The notes under the pieces are model-generated. The model saw nothing but the letters and a program-made list of their open reading frames with translations. It ran no database searches and was not told where the DNA came from. Both the position numbers and the translations under genes were made by a program. Positions 54,941 through 64,000 of a stretch of 64,000 nucleotides of DNA are shown here, piece by piece. Source of the stretch: Candidatus Versatilivorator sp. (GTDB lineage: Bacteria; Acidobacteriota; Terriglobia; Versatilivoradales; Versatilivoraceae); contig OZ242296.1 of assembly GCA_965207735.1 (NCBI GenBank), positions 800,001 through 864,000 of the forward strand, written 5' to 3'. Position 1 is the stretch's first letter, and every line of letters begins with the position of its first letter.

Positions 54941-55695
54941 GATTCCGATTCCCGAACGGCTGGAGCCTGCCCGGAGACTCTGGCGCCGCCGCTGCGGTCC
55001 TGGCTGGCATCGGAAGGCTCCCTGCTCCGGGCCGCATTTTCATCCCCGGACGACAGTTCTTCAGCGCCCGAGGATCCGGCGGCCCTTTCCCCCCGGCTCA
55101 TCTGTTCGACCGCTTCCCTGGCCCTCTCGGTTCCACTCACCACCGCCATTCCTTCCAGGGAGGCCTCGGCCAGTTCCTGGTATTCATCCAGGCTGGGGAG
55201 TTCACCCAAGTTCTTGAGCCCGAATTGAAACAAAAAGTCCCGAGTGGTCTTGTAGAGAATGGGCCTGCCTACCACGTTCTTTCGACCGCCGGTGGTTACC
55301 AGTTTCTTTTCGACCAGGGTCTTCATTACGGCAGCAGCATTGACGCCGCGAATTTCCTGGATTTCCGGAAGGGTGACCGGCTGCTTGTAGGCGATGACAG
55401 CCAGGGTCTCCAAGGCTGCCAGAGAGAGTCTGATCGACGGGGCCTGGTGTTTCAGGAACTTCCGAACCCAGACGTGATGTTCCGCCTTGGTGGCCATCTT
55501 GTAGCCGTCAGCGATTTCCTTGATTTCGATTCCGTATTCGGACGAGGCGTAGCGGCGACGGAGATGCGAAAGCGTTTGGCGAATGGCAGCCTCGTTCTCC
55601 TCGCCCAGCAACTCGACCATGGAAGCCATCGTGACGGGTTCCTCCGCCAGGTAAATGAGCGCCTCCACAATGGGCCTCAGCTGTTCCTCATTCAT
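54934..55695 (-). CDS. scpB: SMC-Scp complex subunit ScpB
   Basis: LSLAALETLAVIAYKQPVT, IRGVN, GRPILY.TT. Confidence 0.93.
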   Translation of the reverse strand: MNEEQLRPIVEALIYLAEEPVTMASMVELLGEENEAAIRQTLSHLRRRYASSEYGIEIKEIADGYKMATKAEHHVWVRKFLKHQAPSIRLSLAALETLAVIAYKQPVTLPEIQEIRGVNAAAVMKTLVEKKLVTTGGRKNVVGRPILYKTTRDFLFQFGLKNLGELPSLDEYQELAEASLEGMAVVSGTERAREAVEQMSRGERAAGSSGAEELSSGDENAARSREPSDASQDRSGGARVSGQAPAVRESESW

Positions 55696-55719
55696 GCCGA
55701 ATCCCGTTCCTCTCAGAAA

Positions 55720-56511
55720 TCACGACGGAATGCCCGCGACTGTCATTTCGATCCTGCCCGTCCATTGTTCAAGGTCACCCATCACTTCGGCAAATCGCTT
55801 CTTGCGCCTGGCCACAATCTCTCCGAAGCGCTGCTTTTGAACCAGAACAATGGCCTGCAGATAGGACATTTCCAACAGAGCGACAAACGCCACCACCAGG
55901 GCTCTTCGGCCCCGATAGGCGGCAAACAAACGCTCGACCGAAACCTCACCCGGCGAATCCTCGAAAATGGTCTTCAAGTCTTGGAGAACCTGCCCGATGG
56001 TCACCTCCTCCTGCTCGATTTCCATCGCTCGGGCGACCTTGCGCCGCTCCTGGATTCTATGTAAGCAGATGATCAGGTCGAAAGAGCTGGCTTTCAGCTC
56101 GGATTCGACGGTTGCGTCCTGAAAATCCTTCACTCCAGGCAGCGTCCAGCTGGCCCGTTCCAACAGTTCCTTCTGGTGAAGCATTTGCGCGGCGTTTTTG
56201 AACTTTTCGTGCTCCAGCAGCCGATGCACCAACTCGGTCCGAGGATCTTCCTCCTGGCTTTCAGGCTGAAGCGGATCGGCCGGCAGGAGCATCCTGGACT
56301 TGATATGGATGAGGGTCGCCGCCATGAGCAGGAACTCGCCGGCCAGCTTGATGTCCAGCTCCTGCATGGCCTGGATCGTGTCCAGGTACTGCCGCGTAAT
56401 CTTGGCGATGGGAATATCGTAGATGTCGATCTGCTGCTTTCGAATCAGTTCCAGCAACAGATCCAGGGGGCCTTCGTAGGCCGGCAACTGAATCCTGTAA
56501 GGATCGTCCAT
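55720..56511 (-). CDS. scpA: segregation and condensation protein A
   Basis: YEGPLDLLL.LI, EFLLMAATL..IKSR.LLP, EDPR. Confidence 0.93.
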   Translation of the reverse strand: MDDPYRIQLPAYEGPLDLLLELIRKQQIDIYDIPIAKITRQYLDTIQAMQELDIKLAGEFLLMAATLIHIKSRMLLPADPLQPESQEEDPRTELVHRLLEHEKFKNAAQMLHQKELLERASWTLPGVKDFQDATVESELKASSFDLIICLHRIQERRKVARAMEIEQEEVTIGQVLQDLKTIFEDSPGEVSVERLFAAYRGRRALVVAFVALLEMSYLQAIVLVQKQRFGEIVARRKKRFAEVMGDLEQWTGRIEMTVAGIPS

Positions 56512-56517
56512 GGGCGG

Positions 56518-57519
56518 TCAGGTGATCTTCATGGCCTGTCGCACGGCCTGCATGGTTTCACCGGCCACTTGAGCGGCCTGCCGATTCCCGTCCTGGATGA
56601 TCTCACCGATCTCCTGGCGGCGGCCGGCGTAGTCCCGCCGGCGTTCCAGCAGGGGCGACAGCTCCCGGACCAGACCGTCGCTCATCCACTTCTTGCAGTC
56701 GACGCAACCGATCGCGGCCGTTCGGCAGTCCCGTTGGACAGTCGCCTGAATCTCCGGGGAGGAATAGATTTTGTGGTAGGAAAAAACCGGACAGATATCG
56801 GGATTCCCCGGATCGTGGCGACGTTTGCGGGCAGGATCGGTCATCATCGTCCTGACCTTGGTGTGAATGGTCTGGGGAGAGTCGGAAAGAGAGATATCGT
56901 TGCCGTAACTCTTGCTCATCTTTCGCCCATCCAGTCCGGGAAGCCGCGGAACGGGGGTCAACAGGGCCTGGGGCTCTGGGAAGACGGGTCCGTAAAGGGC
57001 ATTGAAACGCCGGCCGATCTCCCGAGTGAGTTCCACGTGCGGCACCTGGTCTTCGCCCACGGGAACGGCGTCTGCCCTGTACATCAGGATATCCGCCGCC
57101 TGTAGCACCGGATACCCCAGGAAGCCGTAGTTGCCCAGGTCCTTGTCGGTAACGTTGGCTCGCTGTTCCTTGTAGGTCGGGACCCTTTCCAGCCATCCCA
57201 GCGGCGTGATCATCGAAAACAGGAGGTGCAGCTCGGCGTGTTCTGGAACTGCCGACTGCACGAACAGCACCGATTTTTCGGGGTCCAGGCCGGCAGCCAG
57301 CCAATCGATCATCATTTCAGTGCGGAACTGATCGATTTCCGAGGTATCGGCAAAATCGGAGGTCAGGGCATGCCAATCGGCAATGAAATGGAAACTCCGG
57401 TACCGCTCCTGCAGTTCCACCCAATTCTTCAGGGCGCCCACCACGTGGCCGAGATGGAGCTTGCCTGTGGGACGCATCCCACTGGATATGCGAGGTCTGT
57501 TCGGCTCTGAGGAAACCAT
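56518..57519 (-). CDS. trpS: tryptophan--tRNA ligase
   Basis: SGMRPTGKLHLGH, YPVLQAADI, VGEDQ, KMSKS. Confidence 0.95.
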   Translation of the reverse strand: MVSSEPNRPRISSGMRPTGKLHLGHVVGALKNWVELQERYRSFHFIADWHALTSDFADTSEIDQFRTEMMIDWLAAGLDPEKSVLFVQSAVPEHAELHLLFSMITPLGWLERVPTYKEQRANVTDKDLGNYGFLGYPVLQAADILMYRADAVPVGEDQVPHVELTREIGRRFNALYGPVFPEPQALLTPVPRLPGLDGRKMSKSYGNDISLSDSPQTIHTKVRTMMTDPARKRRHDPGNPDICPVFSYHKIYSSPEIQATVQRDCRTAAIGCVDCKKWMSDGLVRELSPLLERRRDYAGRRQEIGEIIQDGNRQAAQVAGETMQAVRQAMKIT

Positions 57520-57551
57520 ATGGCAATGAGCGTCCGGCAACGGCTATTCCG

Positions 57552-58202
57552 CTAGGCGATAACCCAGTATACGATTCGTATGAACGGTCTCAGTACATCA
57601 CCCAAGACGCCGAAATAGAAACAGACGAACAGAATGAGAAATCCATAGGGTCGAATCCGGTCGTAGGCATCTGCCAGATCCCGAGGCAAAAAGTGCGGCA
57701 AAATCCAACTTCCGTCCAAGGGCGGAATGGGAATCATGTTGAACACGGCCAGGGCGGTATTGAGGATCGCTCCCAGCAGACACATCCGCCAGAGCGGCTC
57801 CAGCGCCGTCCCATCGATCACTCCTCCAGACATCTGATAGCTCTGGAGACCCTTTATGCCCAGCAGAAAAACGGCCAGCAGCATAACGTTGCTGATAGGT
57901 CCCGCCGCCGAAATCCAGATGTCGGCCTTGCGGCGGTCCTTGACATGAAGGGGATTCCAGGGAACCGGCTTGGCCCAACCGAAGAGCAGCCCCCCCGAAA
58001 AGTAAGCAATGGTGGGGAAGATCAGGGTTCCAACCACGTCGATATGGGGGATCGGGTTCAAGGTGACCCTTCCGAGATAACGCGCCGTGGGGTCACCAAA
58101 CCACTCCGCAGTCCAGGCATGAGCCGCCTCATGAACGCTGAGCGAAAACAAAAACACGAGCATGAAAAAAAGAAACTGAACCAACTGAGCAGTGTCGATC
58201 AC
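57552..58202 (-). CDS. site-2 protease (M50) family protein
   Basis: HEAAH, AGPISN, FNMIPIPPLDG; start set at GTG 58202. Confidence 0.88.
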   Translation of the reverse strand: MIDTAQLVQFLFFMLVFLFSLSVHEAAHAWTAEWFGDPTARYLGRVTLNPIPHIDVVGTLIFPTIAYFSGGLLFGWAKPVPWNPLHVKDRRKADIWISAAGPISNVMLLAVFLLGIKGLQSYQMSGGVIDGTALEPLWRMCLLGAILNTALAVFNMIPIPPLDGSWILPHFLPRDLADAYDRIRPYGFLILFVCFYFGVLGDVLRPFIRIVYWVIA

Positions 58203-58432
58203 GGAAGCTCCGATGACGAAAACAGAACCCGACGCCCTGCCCCTTGAGGGAAGCCCGAACGCCACAATCAGCAGCAGCTTAGCATAGGTGAGCGGCGAAA
58301 CTCTAGCCGGGTCGCCATCGCGGTTCGGCCCTCCGGCGGGCTTCCTTGTTGGATCGAAATGCTGATAGTATAATGGTTTGCAGCGGATAGCCCCGAGAGA
58401 CAACCGCTGGCGAGATCCTCCCAGAGAGCCTT

Positions 58433-59233
58433 ATGAGCCTGCTGCTGCTTCGATTGACCATCGGATTCTATTCGGTAGGCCTGCTCCACTCATTTCTGAC
58501 CATCATCACCCGCAAGAAGACACTGTTTCGGGTCGCCCTGACCGGTATTTGCGTGGGATTCCTGTGCCATCTGCTGGCGATTTCCATGGCCTGGTACGAA
58601 ACCCGCCACCCCCCGATCGACGAATTGCAGGGGGTGCTTTCCTTTTTCGCCCTGATGATCGTGCTGGCATTCCTCCTGGCTTATGCCCGCTATCGTTTGG
58701 ATTCATTGAGTGTGTTCGTTTTCCCGCTGGCTTTCATTCTGACGCTGGCAGCCAATTTGACGTCGGAGCCCAGCCAGCCCTTTCCCGAGATCTTGGGAAG
58801 TCTTTGGCTTTACCTGCATGTGCCCTTCATCTTCCTTGCCTACGCGGCTTTTTTTGTGGCCTTCGCCTCCGGCTTGATGTACCTCATCCAGGAAAACGAG
58901 TTGAAACGTCGAAGACCTCAGGCGTTCTACTATCGTCTGCCCTCGCTTGAAGTCTGCGACGAATTGGGATACCGGGCTCTCAGTATCGGGTTTCCCCTGT
59001 TGACTTTGGGACTGGTGGCCGGTGTCCTCTGGCAGGCGCCGTGGGAACTGGACAAGAAGATCATCGCCTCCTTCAGCACCTGGATCGTCTATGCCGTTCT
59101 TATCGCCTATCGTCTCTCTGAAGGACTGCGCGGCAGGCGCGCGGCCTGGATGTCCATCCTGGGATTCATTCTCATCCTGGCAACCTTTTTCGGGACCCGC
59201 TCCCAGGGAAGCGCCCATCCTTTCATACAATGA
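58433..59233 (+). CDS. cytochrome c assembly CcsA/HemX-like membrane protein
   Basis: Multi-TM, LHV, LPSLE..D, W..DKK, GLRGRR; precedes hemA. Confidence 0.8.
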   Translation: MSLLLLRLTIGFYSVGLLHSFLTIITRKKTLFRVALTGICVGFLCHLLAISMAWYETRHPPIDELQGVLSFFALMIVLAFLLAYARYRLDSLSVFVFPLAFILTLAANLTSEPSQPFPEILGSLWLYLHVPFIFLAYAAFFVAFASGLMYLIQENELKRRRPQAFYYRLPSLEVCDELGYRALSIGFPLLTLGLVAGVLWQAPWELDKKIIASFSTWIVYAVLIAYRLSEGLRGRRAAWMSILGFILILATFFGTRSQGSAHPFIQ

Positions 59234-60495
59234 GTCTCCTACTGGTAGGACTAAGCCACAAGACAGCTCCGGTCGAAATCCGTGAGAGGCTTCACTTTCC
59301 GGATTCCAGTCTGCAAGAGGCATTGCAGCGCCTCACCTCCCAGTCGGCCATTGCCGAGAGTTTGATCCTGTCGACCTGCAATCGGACAGAGGTTCTGGCC
59401 CACTCGGCCGACGCTCAACGCGGGGTGATGCTGGTCAGAAACTTCATCTCCGATTTCCACCGCCAGCCGGAAAGGTCGTTACACCCCTACCTCTACGACC
59501 TGACCCATTCCGAGGTGGTGCGCCATGTGTTCCGTGTTGCCAGCAGTCTGGATTCGATGGTGCTGGGGGAACCTCAGATATTGGGTCAGTTCAAGACCGC
59601 GTTCAGTCTGGCCCGCAGGATCGGCTCCGTGGGGGATGCTCTGAGTCCGCTGATTCGTCGAGCCTTTTTTGTGGCTAAACGGGTGCGCTCGGAGACCGCC
59701 ATCTCCAGCGCTGCAGTTTCGGTCAGCTTTGCCGCAGTGGAATTGGCCAGAAAGATTTTCGACCACTTGAGCGGACGCACGGTATTGCTGATGGGCGCCG
59801 GAAAGATGAGCGAACTGGCGGCGAAGCACCTGATATCCCAGGGAATCACCCAACTGCTGGTCTGGAACCGGACCTATCGGCGAGCCGTGGAAATGGCCAG
59901 GGACCTGAATGGCGAGGCTATTCCCCCGGAAGAGCTCTTTCGCCATGTCGAACGGGCCGATATTCTCATATGCTCCACCGGTTCCCCCGGGTTCATCCTC
60001 ACCAAGTCCGACGGGCAGCGGTTGATCCAGTTGCGCAAGAACCGGCCGGTCTTCATCATCGATATCGCGGTTCCCCGAGACGTGGATCCCGAGGTGAACG
60101 ACCTGGACAACCTGTTTCTCTACGACATCGACGACCTGCAGCATGTTGTCGACGCCAACCTCAAGCAGCGCCTCAGGGAGGCCCATGTTGCGGAAGCCAT
60201 CGTCCAGGAGGAAGTCCAGTCCTTCATCAAGCAAGCGCGAGGGTTGGATGTGGCTCCAGCCATCGTCTCGTTACGGAGGCACTGGGACGCCATCCGCAGA
60301 GAGGAGCTCGCCAGGAACCGCAAGAAACTGGGCGCTCTGAATGAACAGCAGGAAGCGGCGCTGGAGCAGTTGACTCGAGGGATGTTGAACAAGATCCTGC
60401 ACGGCCCCATCTCGGAAATCAAATCGTTGGGCCAGGACCCCGCCGCGGAGCAGAAAATCGCCGCCATCAAGAGGATGCTGGGACTGAAGCACTGA
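59230..60495 (+). CDS. hemA: glutamyl-tRNA reductase
   Basis: HKTAPVEIRE, STCNRTE, SLDSMVLGEPQILGQ, GAGKM, DIAVPRD. Confidence 0.96.
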   Translation: MSLLLVGLSHKTAPVEIRERLHFPDSSLQEALQRLTSQSAIAESLILSTCNRTEVLAHSADAQRGVMLVRNFISDFHRQPERSLHPYLYDLTHSEVVRHVFRVASSLDSMVLGEPQILGQFKTAFSLARRIGSVGDALSPLIRRAFFVAKRVRSETAISSAAVSVSFAAVELARKIFDHLSGRTVLLMGAGKMSELAAKHLISQGITQLLVWNRTYRRAVEMARDLNGEAIPPEELFRHVERADILICSTGSPGFILTKSDGQRLIQLRKNRPVFIIDIAVPRDVDPEVNDLDNLFLYDIDDLQHVVDANLKQRLREAHVAEAIVQEEVQSFIKQARGLDVAPAIVSLRRHWDAIRREELARNRKKLGALNEQQEAALEQLTRGMLNKILHGPISEIKSLGQDPAAEQKIAAIKRMLGLKH

Positions 60496-60554
60496 CCCGC
60501 GGAGGGTGGGCGGCCATTTTGCGCATCATAACGGACCCACCAACCCGGTGAGAA

Positions 60555-61478
60555 ATGCAAAGTAAACCCCTCGTCATCGGCTCGCGAGGCAGTCCGCTGG
60601 CTCTTAGGCAGGCGGATCTGATCAAGAACCGCCTGCGCCAGACCGACCCTCTACTGCCCATATCCGTCCGCCGCATCCTCACCACCGGGGATCAACGCAC
60701 CGGGCCTCCCTTGCACCAGCTTGGCGGCAAAGGGGTCTTCACCAAGGAGATCGAAGAGGCCCTGCTTCGTGGCGAGATCGACTTGGCCGTCCACAGTCTC
60801 AAGGACCTTCCCACCGATCTTCCCGACGGCCTGTGCCTGGGCGCCATCACCTCCAGAGAAGATGCGCGGGACGCCTTCCTTTCCAACCGGTTCGGTTGCC
60901 TGGCGGAACTTCCCCCTCGGTCCACCGTAGGGACCAGCAGCCTGCGGCGCCAATGCCAGCTATTGCACTTCCGTCCCGATCTGCAGGTGAAGAACCTGCG
61001 GGGCAATCTGGATACCCGCCTCCGCAAGTTGGACGAGGGAGGTTACGACGCGATAATTCTGGCCTGCGCCGGGCTGATTCGACTGGGTTTGGATCATCGC
61101 ATCCGGGAACGAATATCCATCGACACCATCTGTCCGGCCATTGGACAAGGTGCGCTGGCGGTGGAGGTGCGCTGCGGCGACCGCTCGACCCACGACCGCA
61201 TCCGCCAGCTGGATGACCGCGATTCCAAACGAGCCGCAGAGGCGGAACGGAGCCTGCTGAAATGCCTGGGGGGCGGATGCCAGGTCCCGATTGCCGGATT
61301 TGCGGCCGTCGACGGCGCACACTTGCAATTGACCGGACTGGTTGGAGCCGCCGACGGAAGGCGCCTGATCCGGGAGCTCGGCCGATCAAGTCTGGAGGAA
61401 CCCTCGCGATTGGGGCGCTGGGTCGCCCGCAGGCTCCTCGATCGCGGCGCCGGAGACCTGCTGCAAATGACGGGATGA
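60555..61478 (+). CDS. hemC: hydroxymethylbilane synthase
   Basis: GSRGSPLA, GKGVFTKE, VHSLKD, GTSSLRR, LRGNLDTRL, LGGGCQVP. Confidence 0.96.
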   Translation: MQSKPLVIGSRGSPLALRQADLIKNRLRQTDPLLPISVRRILTTGDQRTGPPLHQLGGKGVFTKEIEEALLRGEIDLAVHSLKDLPTDLPDGLCLGAITSREDARDAFLSNRFGCLAELPPRSTVGTSSLRRQCQLLHFRPDLQVKNLRGNLDTRLRKLDEGGYDAIILACAGLIRLGLDHRIRERISIDTICPAIGQGALAVEVRCGDRSTHDRIRQLDDRDSKRAAEAERSLLKCLGGGCQVPIAGFAAVDGAHLQLTGLVGAADGRRLIRELGRSSLEEPSRLGRWVARRLLDRGAGDLLQMTG

Positions 61479-61482
61479 GCCA

Positions 61483-63012
61483 ATGACAAGGTCGATGAAG
61501 ACAGTCGTTTACCTGATCGGGGCAGGCCCGGGCGATCCTGAACTCCTCACCTTGAAGGGGCGCCGCTGCCTGGAGGCAGCCGACTGCGTCGTTTACGACC
61601 ACCTGGTCAACCGCGAACTACTGCAATTCGCTCCCGGCGGGGCGGAGCGGGTCTATGTAGGCAAGCAGGGAGGCCAAGACCATATTTCCCAGACGGAGAT
61701 CAATTCCCTGCTGCTGGCCCGAGCCCGCCAGGGAAAGACTGTGGCCCGCCTCAAGGGAGGCGACCCCTTCATCTTCGGACGCGGTGGGGAGGAGGCGGAA
61801 GTCCTGGCGCAGGCCGGCATTCCCTTCGAGGTCGTGCCCGGCGTCTCGGCAGGCTCGGCCGCGCCGGCCTACGCCGGAATTCCCCTGACCCACCGGGACT
61901 ACGGCCCCACCGTGGCATTTGTGGCAGCCCAGCAGGATCCAAACAAGGAGGATCCACTGCTGGACTGGGGGAACATTTCCTCGGCGGCCCAAACTCTGGT
62001 CTTCTTCATGGGGGCCAGGAGCCTGAGGCAGGTGGTGGAGCAGCTCACCCGCCACGGGCGAAGCCCCGCCACCCCGGTTGCCCTGATCCGCTGGGGAACC
62101 CGTCCCTCACAAGAGGTCGTAACCGGCACCCTGGGGTCCATCCTGGACCGCGCCGGACCGATGGACCCTCCCACCCTGATTGTTGTCGGCGAAGTGGTCC
62201 GCCTGAGGGAGCGGCTGAGATGGTTCGACAATCGTCCCCTGTTCGGAAAGCGTATTCTGATCACCCGTCCCCGCCGGCAGGCTCAGGACTTCCGCAGAGC
62301 GCTGGAGTTGCTGGGCGCCAGGGCCATCTCCTTTCCCACGGTAGAGGTGCGGGAGCCGGACTCCTGGGCAATGCTGGATCGAGCCCTCGAGACCATCGAT
62401 CGATACGATTGGCTCATCTTCACCAGCGTCAACGGGGTCAAGTACTTCTTCCAGAGATACTTTCGACGTCATCCCGATATTCGCCAGCTCAAGGGGGTCC
62501 GCATCGCCGCCATCGGGCCGGCCACCCGGCGGGCCGTTCTCGACTTCAACCTGGCCGTGGACACTCTGCCGAGCGACTACCAGGCCGAGGGCCTGGTGGA
62601 AAGCCTGCGCGGCAAGGTGGTCAAGGGCATGCGGGTGCTGCTGCCCAGGGCCCGGGTGGCCCGGGAAGTGCTGCCCCGGCAACTGCAACGCCAGGGCGCC
62701 CGGGTCGAGGTGGTCGAAGCCTATCGAACCGCCCCCCCTGACAACGCTCCGTCCCGGTGGAGACAAGTCCTGGATGAATCTCCGCCCGACATGGTGGTTT
62801 TCACCAGTTCCTCGACCGTCGCCAATCTTTCCGACCTTTCCCTTCCCCGGCCCCTGGCCGAGAGCCTGAAGGGGGTGGCCGTGGCTTGTATCGGACCCAT
62901 CACCGCAGGAACAGCCCGGCAACTGGGTCTGCAGGTGGACCTTGTCCCGCCAAAGTACACCACGGCTTCGCTGCTTGAGGCCATGGAGACCTACTTCTTG
63001 CGGAAGGGTTGA
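61483..63012 (+). CDS. cobA/hemD: fused uroporphyrinogen-III C-methyltransferase / uroporphyrinogen-III synthase
   Basis: GAGPGDP, RLKGGDPFIFGRGGEE, then ILITRP, FTSVNGV, FTSSSTV, IGPITA. Confidence 0.93.
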   Translation: MTRSMKTVVYLIGAGPGDPELLTLKGRRCLEAADCVVYDHLVNRELLQFAPGGAERVYVGKQGGQDHISQTEINSLLLARARQGKTVARLKGGDPFIFGRGGEEAEVLAQAGIPFEVVPGVSAGSAAPAYAGIPLTHRDYGPTVAFVAAQQDPNKEDPLLDWGNISSAAQTLVFFMGARSLRQVVEQLTRHGRSPATPVALIRWGTRPSQEVVTGTLGSILDRAGPMDPPTLIVVGEVVRLRERLRWFDNRPLFGKRILITRPRRQAQDFRRALELLGARAISFPTVEVREPDSWAMLDRALETIDRYDWLIFTSVNGVKYFFQRYFRRHPDIRQLKGVRIAAIGPATRRAVLDFNLAVDTLPSDYQAEGLVESLRGKVVKGMRVLLPRARVAREVLPRQLQRQGARVEVVEAYRTAPPDNAPSRWRQVLDESPPDMVVFTSSSTVANLSDLSLPRPLAESLKGVAVACIGPITAGTARQLGLQVDLVPPKYTTASLLEAMETYFLRKG

Positions 63013-63566
63013 AGTATGCGGGAGATTGGCGTGTAGAGGGCGCCGGAGGGGTGGAGCTGGCTGCCCATGACCACGATTTCTCTGGCGTCGAACCGTAGCG
63101 CCTCCAACCGTTCCGTTCCCAGTGCCGCCAGCAGCTTCCGAATGTTTTTCCCCGATCGAACCCTCCCCAAGGTGAAATGGGGGGAAAAGGGGCGTGATTC
63201 AGCAGGAAAGCCTATTGCGACCAGTTCCTTTTCAACCCTCAGCTGCAGGTGCTTCAATCCTTCGGGAAGCTGTTTCAGTCCCGCCCAGATAACCCTGGGC
63301 GCCCGCCTGTTGGGGAAGCAACCCAGTTCAGTCAATTCCAGTCGGACAGGTGGAGCCGGAAGGGCCGCCTGCTGCACCGCCTGCACCACCTCGCCCAGCC
63401 GCTCTGTCGGAACCGACCCCAGAAACTTGAGGGTCAGATGGATGTTGTGGGGTCTGACCCATCCGACCTGGGCGCCACTCTCTCGCAACTCTTGCTGGGT
63501 GGCTGCCAGCCCCTCCCTGGCAAAGGGAGGCAGCTCGAGACAGACGAAGGTCCTAACGGCTTCCAT
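62991..63566 (-). CDS. thpR: RNA 2',3'-cyclic phosphodiesterase (2H family)
   Basis: HLTL and HFTL 2H motifs, PRVIWAG. Confidence 0.9.
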   Translation of the reverse strand: MEAVRTFVCLELPPFAREGLAATQQELRESGAQVGWVRPHNIHLTLKFLGSVPTERLGEVVQAVQQAALPAPPVRLELTELGCFPNRRAPRVIWAGLKQLPEGLKHLQLRVEKELVAIGFPAESRPFSPHFTLGRVRSGKNIRKLLAALGTERLEALRFDAREIVVMGSQLHPSGALYTPISRILQPFRKK

Positions 63567-63602
63567 GGGAGAGAAGATTGTGGAAATTCCCTGAGGATCG
63601 TT

Positions 63603-64000
63603 TCAGTCCAGCACCACAAAGGGTGGCGGGCTGGGGGTTTCTTCCAGGCAGTACCCGAGGCTGAACGCCACCGAATCGGTCAAGAGCTCCACCAACGGTC
63701 CGGTTTGATAGCACAGAGCCTTCCGAAGCGCCAGCGAATATCGTTCAGCCAGGTCGGAGCGAATTACCGCGGGCGGAAAACCGGCTCTTAGCAGAAAGAA
63801 GTTCGAGAACAGGCGCAGGGTCTTTCCGTTGTGACGGTCAAAGGGTTGTATGTCGGCCAATTTCAGCAACACCAGGGCGGCTTGCTCCACTTCGTGCATC
63901 TCGCCGAAACTGTCCGCCAGACACCACTGCAGGGTGTTCTCGACCAGGTGCGGAACCATCTCTCCCGTTGCGGGATCGTGGCCTTCAAACAGGGGTGTGG
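63603..64000 (-). CDS. Fic-domain protein, C-terminal part, degenerate motif (runs off window end)
   Basis: H.VEQAAL...IQPFDRHNGKTLRL...LLRAGFPP resembles Fic HPFxxGNGRxxR context. Confidence 0.6.
   Translation of the reverse strand, partial: TPLFEGHDPATGEMVPHLVENTLQWCLADSFGEMHEVEQAALVLLKLADIQPFDRHNGKTLRLFSNFFLLRAGFPPAVIRSDLAERYSLALRKALCYQTGPLVELLTDSVAFSLGYCLEETPSPPPFVVLD

Overview
GC-rich bacterial chromosome segment. The split atpZ-I-B-E, scpAB-trpS and ccsA-hemA-hemC-cobA/hemD blocks and the TonB receptor style suggest Acidobacteriota or a similar lineage (inference). Housekeeping genes occupy both ends (lipA, rlpA; ispF, atp, nuoLM, rluB, scpAB, trpS, hem). After tRNA-Glu(CTC) comes an accessory stretch with (i) a Fur-boxed iron-uptake module beside a Fur-rubrerythrin fusion regulator and (ii) the best candidate for an undescribed system, a co-oriented gene cluster at 15.5-28.5 kb. 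That cluster joins sulfur/Fe-S handling parts (OsmC, cysteine desulfurase, GcvH-like carrier, COG0523 GTPase, HdrA-N-like protein, 2x[4Fe-4S] ferredoxin, radical SAM) to isoprenoid enzymes (DUF116-polyprenyl synthase fusion, prenyltransferase-fold protein, DxDD class II terpene cyclase), with no squalene synthase in the window. Mobile DNA is abundant: three IS elements with readable ends, two MITEs, a REP-flanked deleted RAYT, a dispersed ~150-bp repeat, and an ORF-less group II intron inserted inside a MITE terminal inverted repeat that its EBS1 matches. An ANTAR-type attenuator precedes a porin gene. All calls come from reading motifs by eye; no searches were run.
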